In this document: one piece after another, positions 42,264 through 51,996 of the stretch | Position numbering within the stretch: the first letter of the stretch is position 1 | How the letters are laid out: each line of letters opens with the position of its first letter | Source: an uncultured delta proteobacterium | Lineage (GTDB): Bacteria; Desulfobacterota; Desulfomonilia; UBA1062 | Reading direction: 5' to 3' | DNA: 64,000 bases | Assembly: GCA_963785235.1 (NCBI GenBank) | Contig: CAWAUM010000010.1 | Location: 160,001 to 224,000 of the forward strand | The notes under the pieces: model-generated | Told to the model about the DNA's origin: nothing | Seen by the model: the letters and a program-made list of their open reading frames with translations, nothing else | The model's database searches: none | Program-made: the position numbers and the translations under genes

Positions 42264-43412
42264 TTACATCATCATGATACGGGACACGATCATGCGCATG
42301 ATATCCGATGTTCCCCCGCCGATGGCCGCCAGTTTCGAATCGCGGAAATTCCTCTCCACCGGGTACTCGTGCATGAAGCCGTAGCCACCGAAGACCTGGA
42401 CTGCTTCCGATGCCATCTCGAAGCCGCGATCGCCTGCATAAACTTTGCTTACAGCCGCCTGCAAGGGGTTGAGCATCTGGCCTTTGTCCTTGGCTGAGGC
42501 GACCCGGTAAATGGCGAGCCTTGCCGCCTCGATGAAGACCTTCATATCTGCTATCCGGTGTGAGATGGCCTGGAAGTTCCTGATAGGGCGGCCGAACTGG
42601 TGACGCTGGTTGGCATAGCGGGCACATGAATCAAGATTATTGAGTGCAGCGCCCAGCATGGGAGACAACAGCGTACAGCGGTCCCACTCTACACCGGACA
42701 GCGCAATGATCCAGCCCTTCCCTTCTCCTCCCAGCACATTCTCTTCAGGGACCTCACAATCTTCGAAAAACACCTCGGAGGTTGAAGAGCACTTGCATCC
42801 CATTTTGTGGAAGGGCTTGCTCGTAGATAATCCCGGGGTGCCCTTCTCCACGATAAAGGCCGTGATGCCTTCGTGTTTCTTCGACCGGTCCACATTGGCA
42901 AACACCACAAAGACATCCGCCACCGGGGCATTGGTGATGAAGGTCTTGGAGCCGTTGATCACATATCTGTCGTGCTTTTTCATTGCCGTAGTGGATATGG
43001 ATGCGGCGTCCGACCCGGAACCAGGCTCGGTGAGGCCCATGCACCCGATCCACTCGCCGCTTACGAGCTTCGGTACATATTTTCTTTTCTGCTCATGGGT
43101 TCCGAAATCCAGGATATTATGGGCGCACAGATAGGTGTGAGCCCCCCACGCGAGCAGGCTACCGCCGTCAACACCCGCATGTCCCAGGGCCTCACCTGCC
43201 AGGCAGCAGGTGACGATGTCGGCCCCGGACCCACCCAGATCCTCAGGAATGGCCAGCCCCAAAATGCCGAAAGAGGCCAGTTTTCTCCAGATCTCGAAGC
43301 TGAACTCGCCCCTGAGGTCGGCCTCTTCGCATAGGGGGGCAATTTCGCCCTTTCCATAGCGATAGACGGAATCCCGGAACATCTTCTGTTCGTCGGTAAG
43401 ATAAAAATCCAT
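42264..43412 (-). CDS. Acyl-CoA dehydrogenase (isovaleryl-CoA dehydrogenase-like)
   Basis: GLTEPGSGSDA, NGSKTFITNAP, RHQFGRPI, QVFGGYG, IGGGTSDIMR. Confidence 0.93.
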   Translation of the reverse strand: MDFYLTDEQKMFRDSVYRYGKGEIAPLCEEADLRGEFSFEIWRKLASFGILGLAIPEDLGGSGADIVTCCLAGEALGHAGVDGGSLLAWGAHTYLCAHNILDFGTHEQKRKYVPKLVSGEWIGCMGLTEPGSGSDAASISTTAMKKHDRYVINGSKTFITNAPVADVFVVFANVDRSKKHEGITAFIVEKGTPGLSTSKPFHKMGCKCSSTSEVFFEDCEVPEENVLGGEGKGWIIALSGVEWDRCTLLSPMLGAALNNLDSCARYANQRHQFGRPIRNFQAISHRIADMKVFIEAARLAIYRVASAKDKGQMLNPLQAAVSKVYAGDRGFEMASEAVQVFGGYGFMHEYPVERNFRDSKLAAIGGGTSDIMRMIVSRIMMM

Positions 43413-43592
43413 TGACAACCCCCCTTTGGATCAGCAGGGACATCTCATGAATGCATGCGGCGATACCTGTTTAAGAGAACTCTTGAAGCACGGGTTTTCA
43501 TAAGATGCTTTTCAAGGAAACCGCGCAATCAATCAAAACCGCCCGCTGAACGTCTGCATGTTTTTCATGTGCAGTATTACTTGAAGTTTATT

Positions 43593-43638
43593 TACTACTA
43601 TGAGTAGTATATTAACCATCGGTTAATATAGTTGTCAA
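43593..43638 (-). promoter_or_regulatory. Operon promoter overlapped by two palindromic boxes (putative TetR operators)
   Basis: Minus-strand TTGACA-18-TAATAT; TACTACT-ATG-AGTAGTA and TATATTAACC-ATC-GGTTAATATA. Confidence 0.7.
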
Positions 43639-43699
43639 GATCAATACATTTAATATTGCCTGCAATAAAGTTCTATCATACGGATATCCTCTATTTTCC

Positions 43700-43763
43700 T
43701 TGACAATCCTTTTCCCTGATGTGGTATATTTTACTCATAGTAGCAATATTACCTTTGGTTCAT
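43700..43763 (+). promoter_or_regulatory. tetR promoter with two related operator-like boxes
   Basis: TTGACA...TGgTATATT, then TTACT-CAT-AGTAG and TTACC-TTT-GGTTC. Confidence 0.6.
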
Positions 43764-43802
43764 TATAATACTGCACCACGATGATTGAGAAAGAGGGAAC
43801 TG

Positions 43803-44468
43803 ATGCATAAACATCAAGAGGTCATAAAGGATAGGAAAAAGAGAGAAAAGGACCAGCGCATCCAGAGTATTCTTTTCGCAGCCAAAAAGGTCTTCTTCTC
43901 CAAAGGCTACCAGAGAACTACCATGGATGAAATAGCCTTTGAGGCCGAGATCAGCAAACCCACCATCTACCAGTACTTCAGGACAAAAGACGAGCTCTAC
44001 TCGGCACTCATGCTCCCTTTCCTGGAGGAGTTCGGCTCCCATTTTGAAAAGATCGTGAAAAAGCTCGATGCAAGGCGCTATACAACCGGCAAGTCCATTG
44101 TAAAGGATATCTTCAAGGCCTTTCTCAAAAGCTATGAAGCCGCCCCCGATTCACTTCGGGTAGCCAACACCTTTTTTCAGCACGCCGACCTCATAAATGC
44201 ACTTGGCCAGGACACCAGAGTTGAAATCAGCAGAAGAGGCAAATATGACTTTGAGCTTGCCAGGGGTATCCTGGAAAAGGGAATTGCCCTGGGCCTGATA
44301 AAAAAGATCAGTCCCTATGCCCTTTCAGACATCATCTGGGGGCTGCTGCTGGGCATCACCCAGGTCATGGACATGAAGGCAATGGGACATACTGATGCAA
44401 GCAAGTACCTCAAATCAACGCTCTCAGAGGCGGAGAAGCTCCTTGCGTGTGCAATAGTTCTTAAGTGA
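43803..44468 (+). CDS. TetR/AcrR-family regulator, divergent from the acyl-CoA operon
   Basis: AAKKVFFSKGYQRTTMDEIAFEAEISKPTIYQYFRTKDEL HTH; exact start uncertain (43785-43803). Confidence 0.93.
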   Translation: MHKHQEVIKDRKKREKDQRIQSILFAAKKVFFSKGYQRTTMDEIAFEAEISKPTIYQYFRTKDELYSALMLPFLEEFGSHFEKIVKKLDARRYTTGKSIVKDIFKAFLKSYEAAPDSLRVANTFFQHADLINALGQDTRVEISRRGKYDFELARGILEKGIALGLIKKISPYALSDIIWGLLLGITQVMDMKAMGHTDASKYLKSTLSEAEKLLACAIVLK

Positions 44469-44601
44469 ACTGAATCCTCAACGACAAGGCAAGCAGACAA
44501 TACAAGCAAATGGGCGTCTTTCATCTGCAGGGTGGCTCCTATACAAGCAGCATACAAGACTGCGTCCACCTTAGAGCTTTTTGAACGGCCTCTGCCATAA
44601 T

Positions 44602-45819
44602 TTACCTGGTTCGTCTGGGGCTGAATGTGAGGGCAAAGCGTGTCCCACCTGTGCGGTCAACATTGAACGTGCCCCCAAGCTGGTTCTCGCCGAGCATTCT
44701 TACGAGCATCAGCCCTATTGTCTTTGTCTTTGCCAGGTCCAAGTTTGTGGGTAATCCGATACCGTTGTCAGCCACGATAAGGCTATAGACAGACCCGTTC
44801 CATTCCATTGAAACAGAAAGCTCGCAAGAGTCTGAACCAGGGCGAGGATTATTTCCGGGGAAAGCATATTTGAGGACATTGGTAACCAACTCGTTTACAA
44901 TCAGACCGCAGGCGATGGCAGCATCAAGCTCCAGCTCAACACCCTGTGCTGCCACGGTGTAGCGGAGAGTCCCCGGACCGTTATAGGACAATCGAAGATG
45001 GGTGATCAATGTCTTGAGATAATTCTGAAAGTCAATACGGGAAAGATTCTCAGATTGGTAAAGCTTCTCATGGATGAGCGCCATTGACTCAATTTTGCCA
45101 CCCAACTCGGTCAGAATAGTTTTGGTTGCAGTATCGCCTATCTCTTGACGGTGAAGTCTTAGCAATGCGATGATGGAAGCAAAGTTATTCTTGACCCGGA
45201 GGTGTACCTCCCTCAGGAGGACTTCTTTTTCAGCCAGAGAGACCCGCAGCGAATCCTCCGCCCGCTTACGATCCGTTATGTCCAGAGCAGACATCCGGCA
45301 ATACCGGCCCATACTTTCACCGGCATCCATGACCGACCCTTCCATATGGATATACCTTGGATTGTCTTTCTTGCGGGATAGCAGGACCTCGCAAGTTTCA
45401 TTGGTGTTGCTCTCGTATACTTTTCTGAGAAACAAGAAGAAGTCAGTTTTGTCAGAAACGAAAAGATCGAACTGCCGGTTGATTAAACTCGAACGGTTCT
45501 CCCCCAGAAGGGCCGCGCCTGTGAGGTTGACTTCCCTGATAATACCTTCGTCTGTAAGGGTATAATAGCCCGCAGGGGCAAAGTCATAAAGATCGGAGTA
45601 CTTTTCCAGACTCGCCTCGATCTCTGCACGTGCCTGCAAGAGTTCCTCGTTCTGCATCTCCAGCTCTATCTGATGCACCTGCAACTCATGGAGCAGCTGC
45701 CTCGCTAGTTCTGGCGAGATGTCGCCCTGATCGTTAGATTGTTTCTGCAATCGTTTCTCTGCTTGTTTACGAAGATCAGCTGAACGCTGCCCTAGTGAAT
45801 CTTTTTTAGCCATCACCAT
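44602..45819 (-). CDS. Soluble PAS-domain histidine kinase (HisKA_2 type)
   Basis: LHELQVHQIELEMQNEEL coil, PAS, LLREVHLRVKNN, NELVTNVLKYAF, DNGIG. Confidence 0.92.
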   Translation of the reverse strand: MVMAKKDSLGQRSADLRKQAEKRLQKQSNDQGDISPELARQLLHELQVHQIELEMQNEELLQARAEIEASLEKYSDLYDFAPAGYYTLTDEGIIREVNLTGAALLGENRSSLINRQFDLFVSDKTDFFLFLRKVYESNTNETCEVLLSRKKDNPRYIHMEGSVMDAGESMGRYCRMSALDITDRKRAEDSLRVSLAEKEVLLREVHLRVKNNFASIIALLRLHRQEIGDTATKTILTELGGKIESMALIHEKLYQSENLSRIDFQNYLKTLITHLRLSYNGPGTLRYTVAAQGVELELDAAIACGLIVNELVTNVLKYAFPGNNPRPGSDSCELSVSMEWNGSVYSLIVADNGIGLPTNLDLAKTKTIGLMLVRMLGENQLGGTFNVDRTGGTRFALTFSPRRTR

Positions 45820-46073
45820 CTCTCAGGGTTGTAGTGCCTATACATTCCCGGTCTTAGTGTATCCCCAAGTTATATGCAATGGATCTCTTGAGAACATATG
45901 TTTCAGAACTATATAATAAGAACAAATTTTAAAAAAACAAACTGAATCAGTTGTGTACCAACGTTGAATAATCAACGATCCGTAAGGTACCGGTAATACT
46001 ACATGAAAGCTTCATCATGCCATTTAACGACCTGATTATTTTCCGGAGTTTCGATCATCTTTGCGCAGATAAA

Positions 46074-46348
46074 TGTTATAAGGGACTGTTATAAGGGACG
46101 GGTTCATATTTGATAAGTTTGGGATTAGTTTATTGTGCACCCGCCCCCTATTGTTTCCTAAGGTGTGGTGGGAGTCTTATGGAAAGACCACACCGCCCCA
46201 CCCTTCTCTACTTATACAAAAAATGAGCAAGGATTATTCAATCACCCTGAAAGTTTAATATGAACCCGTCCCCAATTTTTCCCCCAATTTTTCCCAATTT
46301 TTCCCGATTTTTTCGCGATTTTTTCATCGCGATTTTTTACGATTTTTT
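46074..46348. mobile_element. Non-autonomous inverted-repeat element with duplicated/stuttered flanks
   Basis: 16-bp IR GGGACGGGTTCATATT (46095-46110) / AATATGAACCCGTCCC (46257-46272); (TGTTATAAGGGAC)x2 on the left; 7 degenerate units ending in T5-6 on the right. Confidence 0.6.
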
Positions 46349-47594
46349 ACTCTTCAGGTACGCCGACCGATAGTTGCCGCGGCTGTCCGATAAACGCAGT
46401 CACCATGAGCGCCCCTATGGAAATGGCAAAAAGGAGCGTCACTGCATTCGCATACGAGGCTGTTGCGTCGTATATCTTTCCCAGCAGCACAGAACCAACG
46501 GCCAGCCCGATAACCTGAAAAAGGCCGATGATCCCGATGAGCTTGCTGAAGTGCTCCACCCCGAACTTTTCTCCTATGAAAAGGGGCATCAGGGTGACGA
46601 ACGAGCCCAGGGCAAGGCCATAGAACATCACGAAACCCCACACAAACCAGCTCATACCGGCAATCATCATGACAGACCCTAAACCCATGATGTGCAGCAG
46701 CCAGCTCACTAGCAGGAGGTGCTTCTTGGAAACCTTGTCTGAGAGATATCCGAACACTATCCTTCCCAGCACACTTACCCCCAGGGTTAAACTCCACATC
46801 ATGTTTGCCTGGTCGACCCCATAGCTCCTGAACAGGGCAATGGCATGCATGGTCAGCCCCCCTAGGATAATGCTGAAAAGGGCCATGATCAGGCATGCCA
46901 GTTTAAAGGGCAGCGTCCTGAAGGCCTCTTTCACTGTGAAACCCTTATGTTTCTGCGATACGGATATCTCAGAAACCGAAGCGGCTATGCCGTCCGGCAC
47001 CAAACCGAGCTCTTCGGGCCTGTTCCTGATCACGATAAGGATCACGGGCACCACTATTCCCAGGACGAGCCCTCCCAGCAGGCGGTATGTCCAGCGCCAT
47101 CCATAGGCTTCATTCGCTACGCTGGCAATAAAGACCATGGCCATTCCGCCAAGCCCGATGCCGGTCATGATCATTCCCATGGCAGTGCCCCTGCGCCTGT
47201 CGAACCAGTGCGAGATGATCGTCTGGCTCGGTACCAGCCCGACGCTTGCCAGCCCTACAGCCATGATGATGTAGATGGCGTAATACTGCCACAAGGCCTG
47301 AATGAAGCTCGCCAGGATCAGCCCGGTACCTGTCACCAGGGCCCCGAATAGCTGTACCTTCTTGACGCCCAGGCGTGCCACTGCCATGCCGACTACCGGG
47401 CTCAAGAGCCCCACCAGGAGTGCGGCAATGGTGAAGCCCAGTGAGATCTGCGTTCTGCTCCAGCCTGTTGCCTGCTGGATGGGCTCGAGAAAGACTGAAA
47501 CCGTGTAAAAACCCGAACACAGACCGACAAACAGAACTACGAAGGTTGCCGCGGCAATCTTCCATCCGTAAAACGATTCCACCCTGCTCTGCAT
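46347..47594 (-). CDS. MFS transporter (OFA/MCT-like)
   Basis: FYGWKI, WSRTQIS, WFDRRRGTAMG, many hydrophobic segments; RBS AGGGGG before ATG 47594. Confidence 0.92.
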   Translation of the reverse strand: MQSRVESFYGWKIAAATFVVLFVGLCSGFYTVSVFLEPIQQATGWSRTQISLGFTIAALLVGLLSPVVGMAVARLGVKKVQLFGALVTGTGLILASFIQALWQYYAIYIIMAVGLASVGLVPSQTIISHWFDRRRGTAMGMIMTGIGLGGMAMVFIASVANEAYGWRWTYRLLGGLVLGIVVPVILIVIRNRPEELGLVPDGIAASVSEISVSQKHKGFTVKEAFRTLPFKLACLIMALFSIILGGLTMHAIALFRSYGVDQANMMWSLTLGVSVLGRIVFGYLSDKVSKKHLLLVSWLLHIMGLGSVMMIAGMSWFVWGFVMFYGLALGSFVTLMPLFIGEKFGVEHFSKLIGIIGLFQVIGLAVGSVLLGKIYDATASYANAVTLLFAISIGALMVTAFIGQPRQLSVGVPEE

Positions 47595-47636
47595 CAAAAA
47601 CCCCCTACTTTCACAGAATTTAAAACATCTTTTCTG

Positions 47637-47754
47637 AGCCAATTGCAAAACTCAAAAAAATGGTCAACCCCTCGAAAGCATGTGCCCAAATTTCTTAAAA
47701 AGACTGGATTCCCGCTTTCGCGGGAATGACAATCTTGGGCTTTTGCAATTGGCT
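47637..47754. mobile_element. MITE-like element, 118 bp
   Basis: 14-bp perfect terminal IR AGCCAATTGCAAAA / TTTTGCAATTGGCT; internal hairpin ATTCCCGC-TTTC-GCGGGAAT. Confidence 0.65.
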
Positions 47755-47847
47755 TTTACTGTATAGAATAATTCACAGTACTTAGATTACAAGCTGGAGA
47801 AGCAGAGATGGTCCGAAAAAATTGAGACAAGTTCCCTAAGTCTTGAG

Positions 47848-48563
47848 CTATTCAGGTTCGCTTTGCTCAGCCCAACCTGCATCACCGGTCACTTTCCTGA
47901 GTGTTCTCGTGAAACTTTCCTGAAAATCACCCGCCTGCTCCATGTGCTCCAGGGCATAGTCCCGGTAGGTGGGGTCACCGGTTTTGAAATACCTCTGTCT
48001 TTCCTGAAGGGACTCTAACCAGGTGATCATCTGCAGGGTCTTGATCTCACAGAGATGGACAAGGGAGCGCTCCGGTGTGCGCATACCCCACCAGGCCCGA
48101 TACAGATAGCGTACCACTTCCATGGAGGTGCGGGCTTCTTTCAGAATATTTTTTCCTCAGGCCTTTCAGTTCATCCTTTTTCCCGGGTATACGCCCTTAC
48201 CAGTTCAAACTCATTGAATTCTTCTTCATATGCATTGTCTTCAGCCAGGAGGTCTTCCTCACTGTCCAGCAGCCAGCTGACGTATGTCCAGAAGCGCCTC
48301 AGGGCATCATGGTGCATCTCCGACTCAAGAGGGGAAAATTGCCCTTCCGTTATGGAACTCACATCGGACAGCAAAAGGGGTTCTCCCCCCTCACACAGAT
48401 GGACTCTTGATTTCTCGATCCAGTAGCATGATGTCTGTATGGTCTTGTCTTTGTAGGTAATGCGGTATTCGGCCTTGGCAGCTGCGGGCATGATAAGCCA
48501 GATCAAAAGGATTGTTACAATCAGGTTGAGGGAGCATCCATTACTCTTCAAGGGAACAATCAT
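47848..48563 (-). CDS. Exported hypothetical protein (probably one gene split by an indel near 48180)
   Basis: Signal-peptide-like N-terminus (AKA-EY); two consecutive same-strand ORFs. Confidence 0.55.
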
Positions 48564-48626
48564 CCTCTACGCAAGGTAAAAGTCAAGTCCGGTGAAGGAG
48601 CCACAGCAGGGCCTGTCTTGAGGTAA

Positions 48627-50981
48627 TTACTGCCGCAGTTCTATGCCGAGATCCGTCTGGAGCGATTTTATGATTCCGCCCTGCCATTCATTGATCATGG
48701 CATCTTCCAAGGTGCGGACATCCGACTGGTAGGTGATGCGGATAGTAATGCCCTTCTTGCCTGCGGGCAGCTTCTCGCCGGTGTACAGGTCCACTGCGGC
48801 AACCTGCCGGATCTCGCCGATCCCTTTTGCCTGTATGGCCTTTACGATATCCGTGTATGCAATCCTATCATCCACAACCATGGAGAGGTCTCTCCAGGTG
48901 GATGGAAACTTCGGGATCTCCCTGAGTCCCGGCCACTTCTTCTCGAGTATGGCTTCCATGGACAATTCCAGGGCATAGATATCGCCCTCAATGTCGAGCA
49001 TGGTGAGGATATCGCCATGCAGGCAGCCCATGGTGCCCATGGCCTGAAAATCCTTGAACACATCCGCCTGGTACCCGGCCTTGTAGAAGGGATGGTTCGA
49101 AGGCTTCAGCTCTATAGCGCCAAGCAGCTTCTCTGCGAGCCCCTTGATGTCGTAGAAATCCACTGCCCTGCCCTTTTCCGACCAGTGGCTATCAAAACGC
49201 TGGCCCGTCATGGCAATGCCGAGCCTCAGATATTCATCCGGCAGCTTTTGAGAGACATTGGGGAGGAAGCACTTGCCGATCTCAAAGATTGCAATGTCAC
49301 GCACTGAGAGCTTCCTGTTGCGTTCGATGGCGCCTGCAAGCCCGGGCAGGAGAGACATGCGCATTACCTTCATCTCATCGGATATGGGGTTTAAAAGATC
49401 AAGGGTATCTGCTGCGAATATTACCTTCCAGCGGGGCGCAATAAAGGAATAGGTTACCACCTCGGTTAATCCGGTGGCGGCAAGGCCCAGCCTGAGATTG
49501 TAAATGCCATTGACCCCTGATGCCGCCTTGTCGGGTCTGTACGAGGGGAGTTCCGGCTCCACCTTGTCCATGCCGTAGACCCTTATGAACTCTTCCACCA
49601 GGTCGATCTCCCGGCCAAGGTCATGCCTGAAAACAGGCACTGATATTATCCAGCCTGCTTCGTCGCCCCTGACCTCACAGCCAAGCCCTGTGAAAATGCG
49701 CTCCACATCCGCAGCATTGATGCCGGTGATCCCGAGAACCTTTTCCAGATATGACTTTCTGAGTTTCACTTCTTTCTTTTCATAATTGAAATAATTCACG
49801 TCCATGACGCCCTTAAACACCTTGGCATCTGCAAACTGCGGCATGAGCCATGCAGCGCGGTCAGCGGCCTCAACCTGGATGGAAGGGTCAATGCCCCGCT
49901 CGAACCGGTAGGATGCCTCGGTGGAAAGGCCTAATCCCTTGGAGGTTCGCTGAATGCCTTTCGGGTCGAAAAAGGCGCTCTCCAAAACAACACTGCTCGT
50001 GGTGGACAGGACCTCGGAATTCTCCCCGCCCATAATGCCTGCAAGTGCCACAGGCTTTTGTCTGTCGCAGATGAGGAGGTCTTCGGCGCGCAGTGTCCTT
50101 TCAACCGAGTCCAGGGTGACGAAGACCTCGCCTTCTTTTGCCTTGCGAACCACAATTCCGTTACCGGCAACCAGGGTGGAATCAAAGGCGTGGAGAGGCT
50201 GGCCGTATTCCAGCATGACATAGTTGGTGATATCCACCACATTGCTGATGGCCCGAACCCCTGAGGTGAACAGGCGGTTGCGCATGGTAAAGGGGCTCTT
50301 CTTTATGACAATGCCGTTCATGAAACGTGCCGAGTAGCGCGGGCACCCTTCGGGTGAAAGGATGTCCACGGTCAGGACCGATTCCACGGGCGCATCTTCT
50401 TCCTTGATGGTGAATTCCGGCTTCTTGAGCTTCCGGCCGAAGAGCGCTGCAAGCTCGCGGGCAACGCCCACGACCGAAAGGCAGTCGCCCCTGTTGGGCG
50501 TGACGTTCACCTCAAGCACCCAGTCCTCAAGGTTTAAGGCATCAACAAGCACGTCACCCGGCTTGGTATCCACATCAAATTCCATGATGCCGGTATGGTC
50601 GTCGGTAAGCCCGAGCTCCCGCTCGGAGAGCAGTACGCCGAACGACTCAACGCCGCGGATCTTGGCCTTTTTCACGAGCATGCCCGGGCCCAGGTCGCAT
50701 CCCACCGGCGCGAAGGCGCTCATCATGCCCGCCCTCGTGTTCGGGGCTCCGCATACCACCTGAAGGCTTTCCCTGCCGGTATCCACTGTGCAGACAAAGA
50801 GCTTGTCGGCATCCGGGTGTTTCCTGGCCTCAACGACACGGGCGCAGATGACCTCCTTCGGGACGCTCTGATGGGTGATGTCCTCCACCTCGGTGCCGCT
50901 CATGGTGAGTGCCGAGGCAGCCGTATATGCATCCACATCGATGTCGACGAATTCCTTGATCCAGTTGTAGCTGATCTTCAT
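48627..50981 (-). CDS. pheT: Phenylalanine-tRNA ligase beta subunit
   Basis: MKISYNWIKEFV, HPDADKL, VCGAPN, TPNRGDCLS, ASYRFERG, FDX-ACB tail. Confidence 0.97.
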   Translation of the reverse strand: MKISYNWIKEFVDIDVDAYTAASALTMSGTEVEDITHQSVPKEVICARVVEARKHPDADKLFVCTVDTGRESLQVVCGAPNTRAGMMSAFAPVGCDLGPGMLVKKAKIRGVESFGVLLSERELGLTDDHTGIMEFDVDTKPGDVLVDALNLEDWVLEVNVTPNRGDCLSVVGVARELAALFGRKLKKPEFTIKEEDAPVESVLTVDILSPEGCPRYSARFMNGIVIKKSPFTMRNRLFTSGVRAISNVVDITNYVMLEYGQPLHAFDSTLVAGNGIVVRKAKEGEVFVTLDSVERTLRAEDLLICDRQKPVALAGIMGGENSEVLSTTSSVVLESAFFDPKGIQRTSKGLGLSTEASYRFERGIDPSIQVEAADRAAWLMPQFADAKVFKGVMDVNYFNYEKKEVKLRKSYLEKVLGITGINAADVERIFTGLGCEVRGDEAGWIISVPVFRHDLGREIDLVEEFIRVYGMDKVEPELPSYRPDKAASGVNGIYNLRLGLAATGLTEVVTYSFIAPRWKVIFAADTLDLLNPISDEMKVMRMSLLPGLAGAIERNRKLSVRDIAIFEIGKCFLPNVSQKLPDEYLRLGIAMTGQRFDSHWSEKGRAVDFYDIKGLAEKLLGAIELKPSNHPFYKAGYQADVFKDFQAMGTMGCLHGDILTMLDIEGDIYALELSMEAILEKKWPGLREIPKFPSTWRDLSMVVDDRIAYTDIVKAIQAKGIGEIRQVAAVDLYTGEKLPAGKKGITIRITYQSDVRTLEDAMINEWQGGIIKSLQTDLGIELRQ

Positions 50982-50991
50982 GACATGCCCT

Positions 50992-51996
50992 TTAAGCGAA
51001 CTGGCTTAAAAACCTCAGATCAGAGTCATAGAAGAGCCTGATATCGTCAATGCTGTACTTGAGCATGGCAACACGCTCTACACCCAGGCCGAAGGCGAAT
51101 CCCGTGACCTTTTCCGGGTCGATACCCACGAAACGGTACACCTCCGGGTCCACCATGCCGCAGCCCAATATCTCGAGCCATCCGGTATTTTTGCACACCC
51201 TGCACCCCTTGCCCTTGCAGATGATGCAGCCCATGTCCACCTCTGCGGACGGCTCGGTGAAGGGGAAGAACGATGCCCGGAAGCGTAGTGGGATATCCGG
51301 CCCGAACAGGGTGTGGATGAACTCGTAAAGCACGCCCTTTAAGTGCGCGAAGGTGATGCCCTCTTCCACCCAGAGACCCTCCACCTGGTGGAACATGGGG
51401 CTGTGGCTGACGTCGAAATCGCACCGGTAGACCTTCCCCGGTGCGATTATGCGCACCGGCAGGCCCTGTGACTCCATCACCCTGATCTGAACGGGAGAGG
51501 TATGGGTGCGCAGCAGCACGCCCTTGTTGAAATAGAAGGTGTCCTGCATGTCGCGGGCAGGGTGATTTTCAGGGATATTGAGCGCCTCGAAGTTGTGGTA
51601 GTCGTCCTCCACCTCGGGGCCGGATGCGATGGTAAATCCGAGGTTCCGGAAGATTTCCTCGAGCTCGCCCATGACCTGGTTGATGACGTGTATGGAGCCC
51701 CGCTTGAAGATCCGGCCCGGCAGCGTTACATCGATGCCTTCGACCGGCTTATCTGTGGCAAAGCTCAATGCCTTATCATCAAGGGCCTGCTCCATGAAGA
51801 CCTTGAGCTGGTTTGAAAGGGCGCCCATGCGGGGTCGCTCATCAGGCCCAAGAGAACCCATTTGACGCAGAATGCCCGTGAGTCTGCCCTTCCGGCCCAG
51901 ATACTGGATCCGTAACGGCTCGATCTCATCGGGCTTACTGATGTGTCCCAGGTCCTCTAAGAACGCCTTTTGAAGTTCTTCGAGCTGTGTTTCCAT
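50992..51996 (-). CDS. pheS: Phenylalanine-tRNA ligase alpha subunit
   Basis: HPARDMQDTF, LRTHTSPVQ, FPFTEPS, GFAFGLGVER. Confidence 0.98.
   Translation of the reverse strand: METQLEELQKAFLEDLGHISKPDEIEPLRIQYLGRKGRLTGILRQMGSLGPDERPRMGALSNQLKVFMEQALDDKALSFATDKPVEGIDVTLPGRIFKRGSIHVINQVMGELEEIFRNLGFTIASGPEVEDDYHNFEALNIPENHPARDMQDTFYFNKGVLLRTHTSPVQIRVMESQGLPVRIIAPGKVYRCDFDVSHSPMFHQVEGLWVEEGITFAHLKGVLYEFIHTLFGPDIPLRFRASFFPFTEPSAEVDMGCIICKGKGCRVCKNTGWLEILGCGMVDPEVYRFVGIDPEKVTGFAFGLGVERVAMLKYSIDDIRLFYDSDLRFLSQFA

Noticed and set aside
51935-51996. Apparent C-terminal extension of L20 overlapping pheS by 62 nt
   Set aside because: A TAG sits immediately before the pheS ATG, one base out of frame; probably a single-base insertion error.
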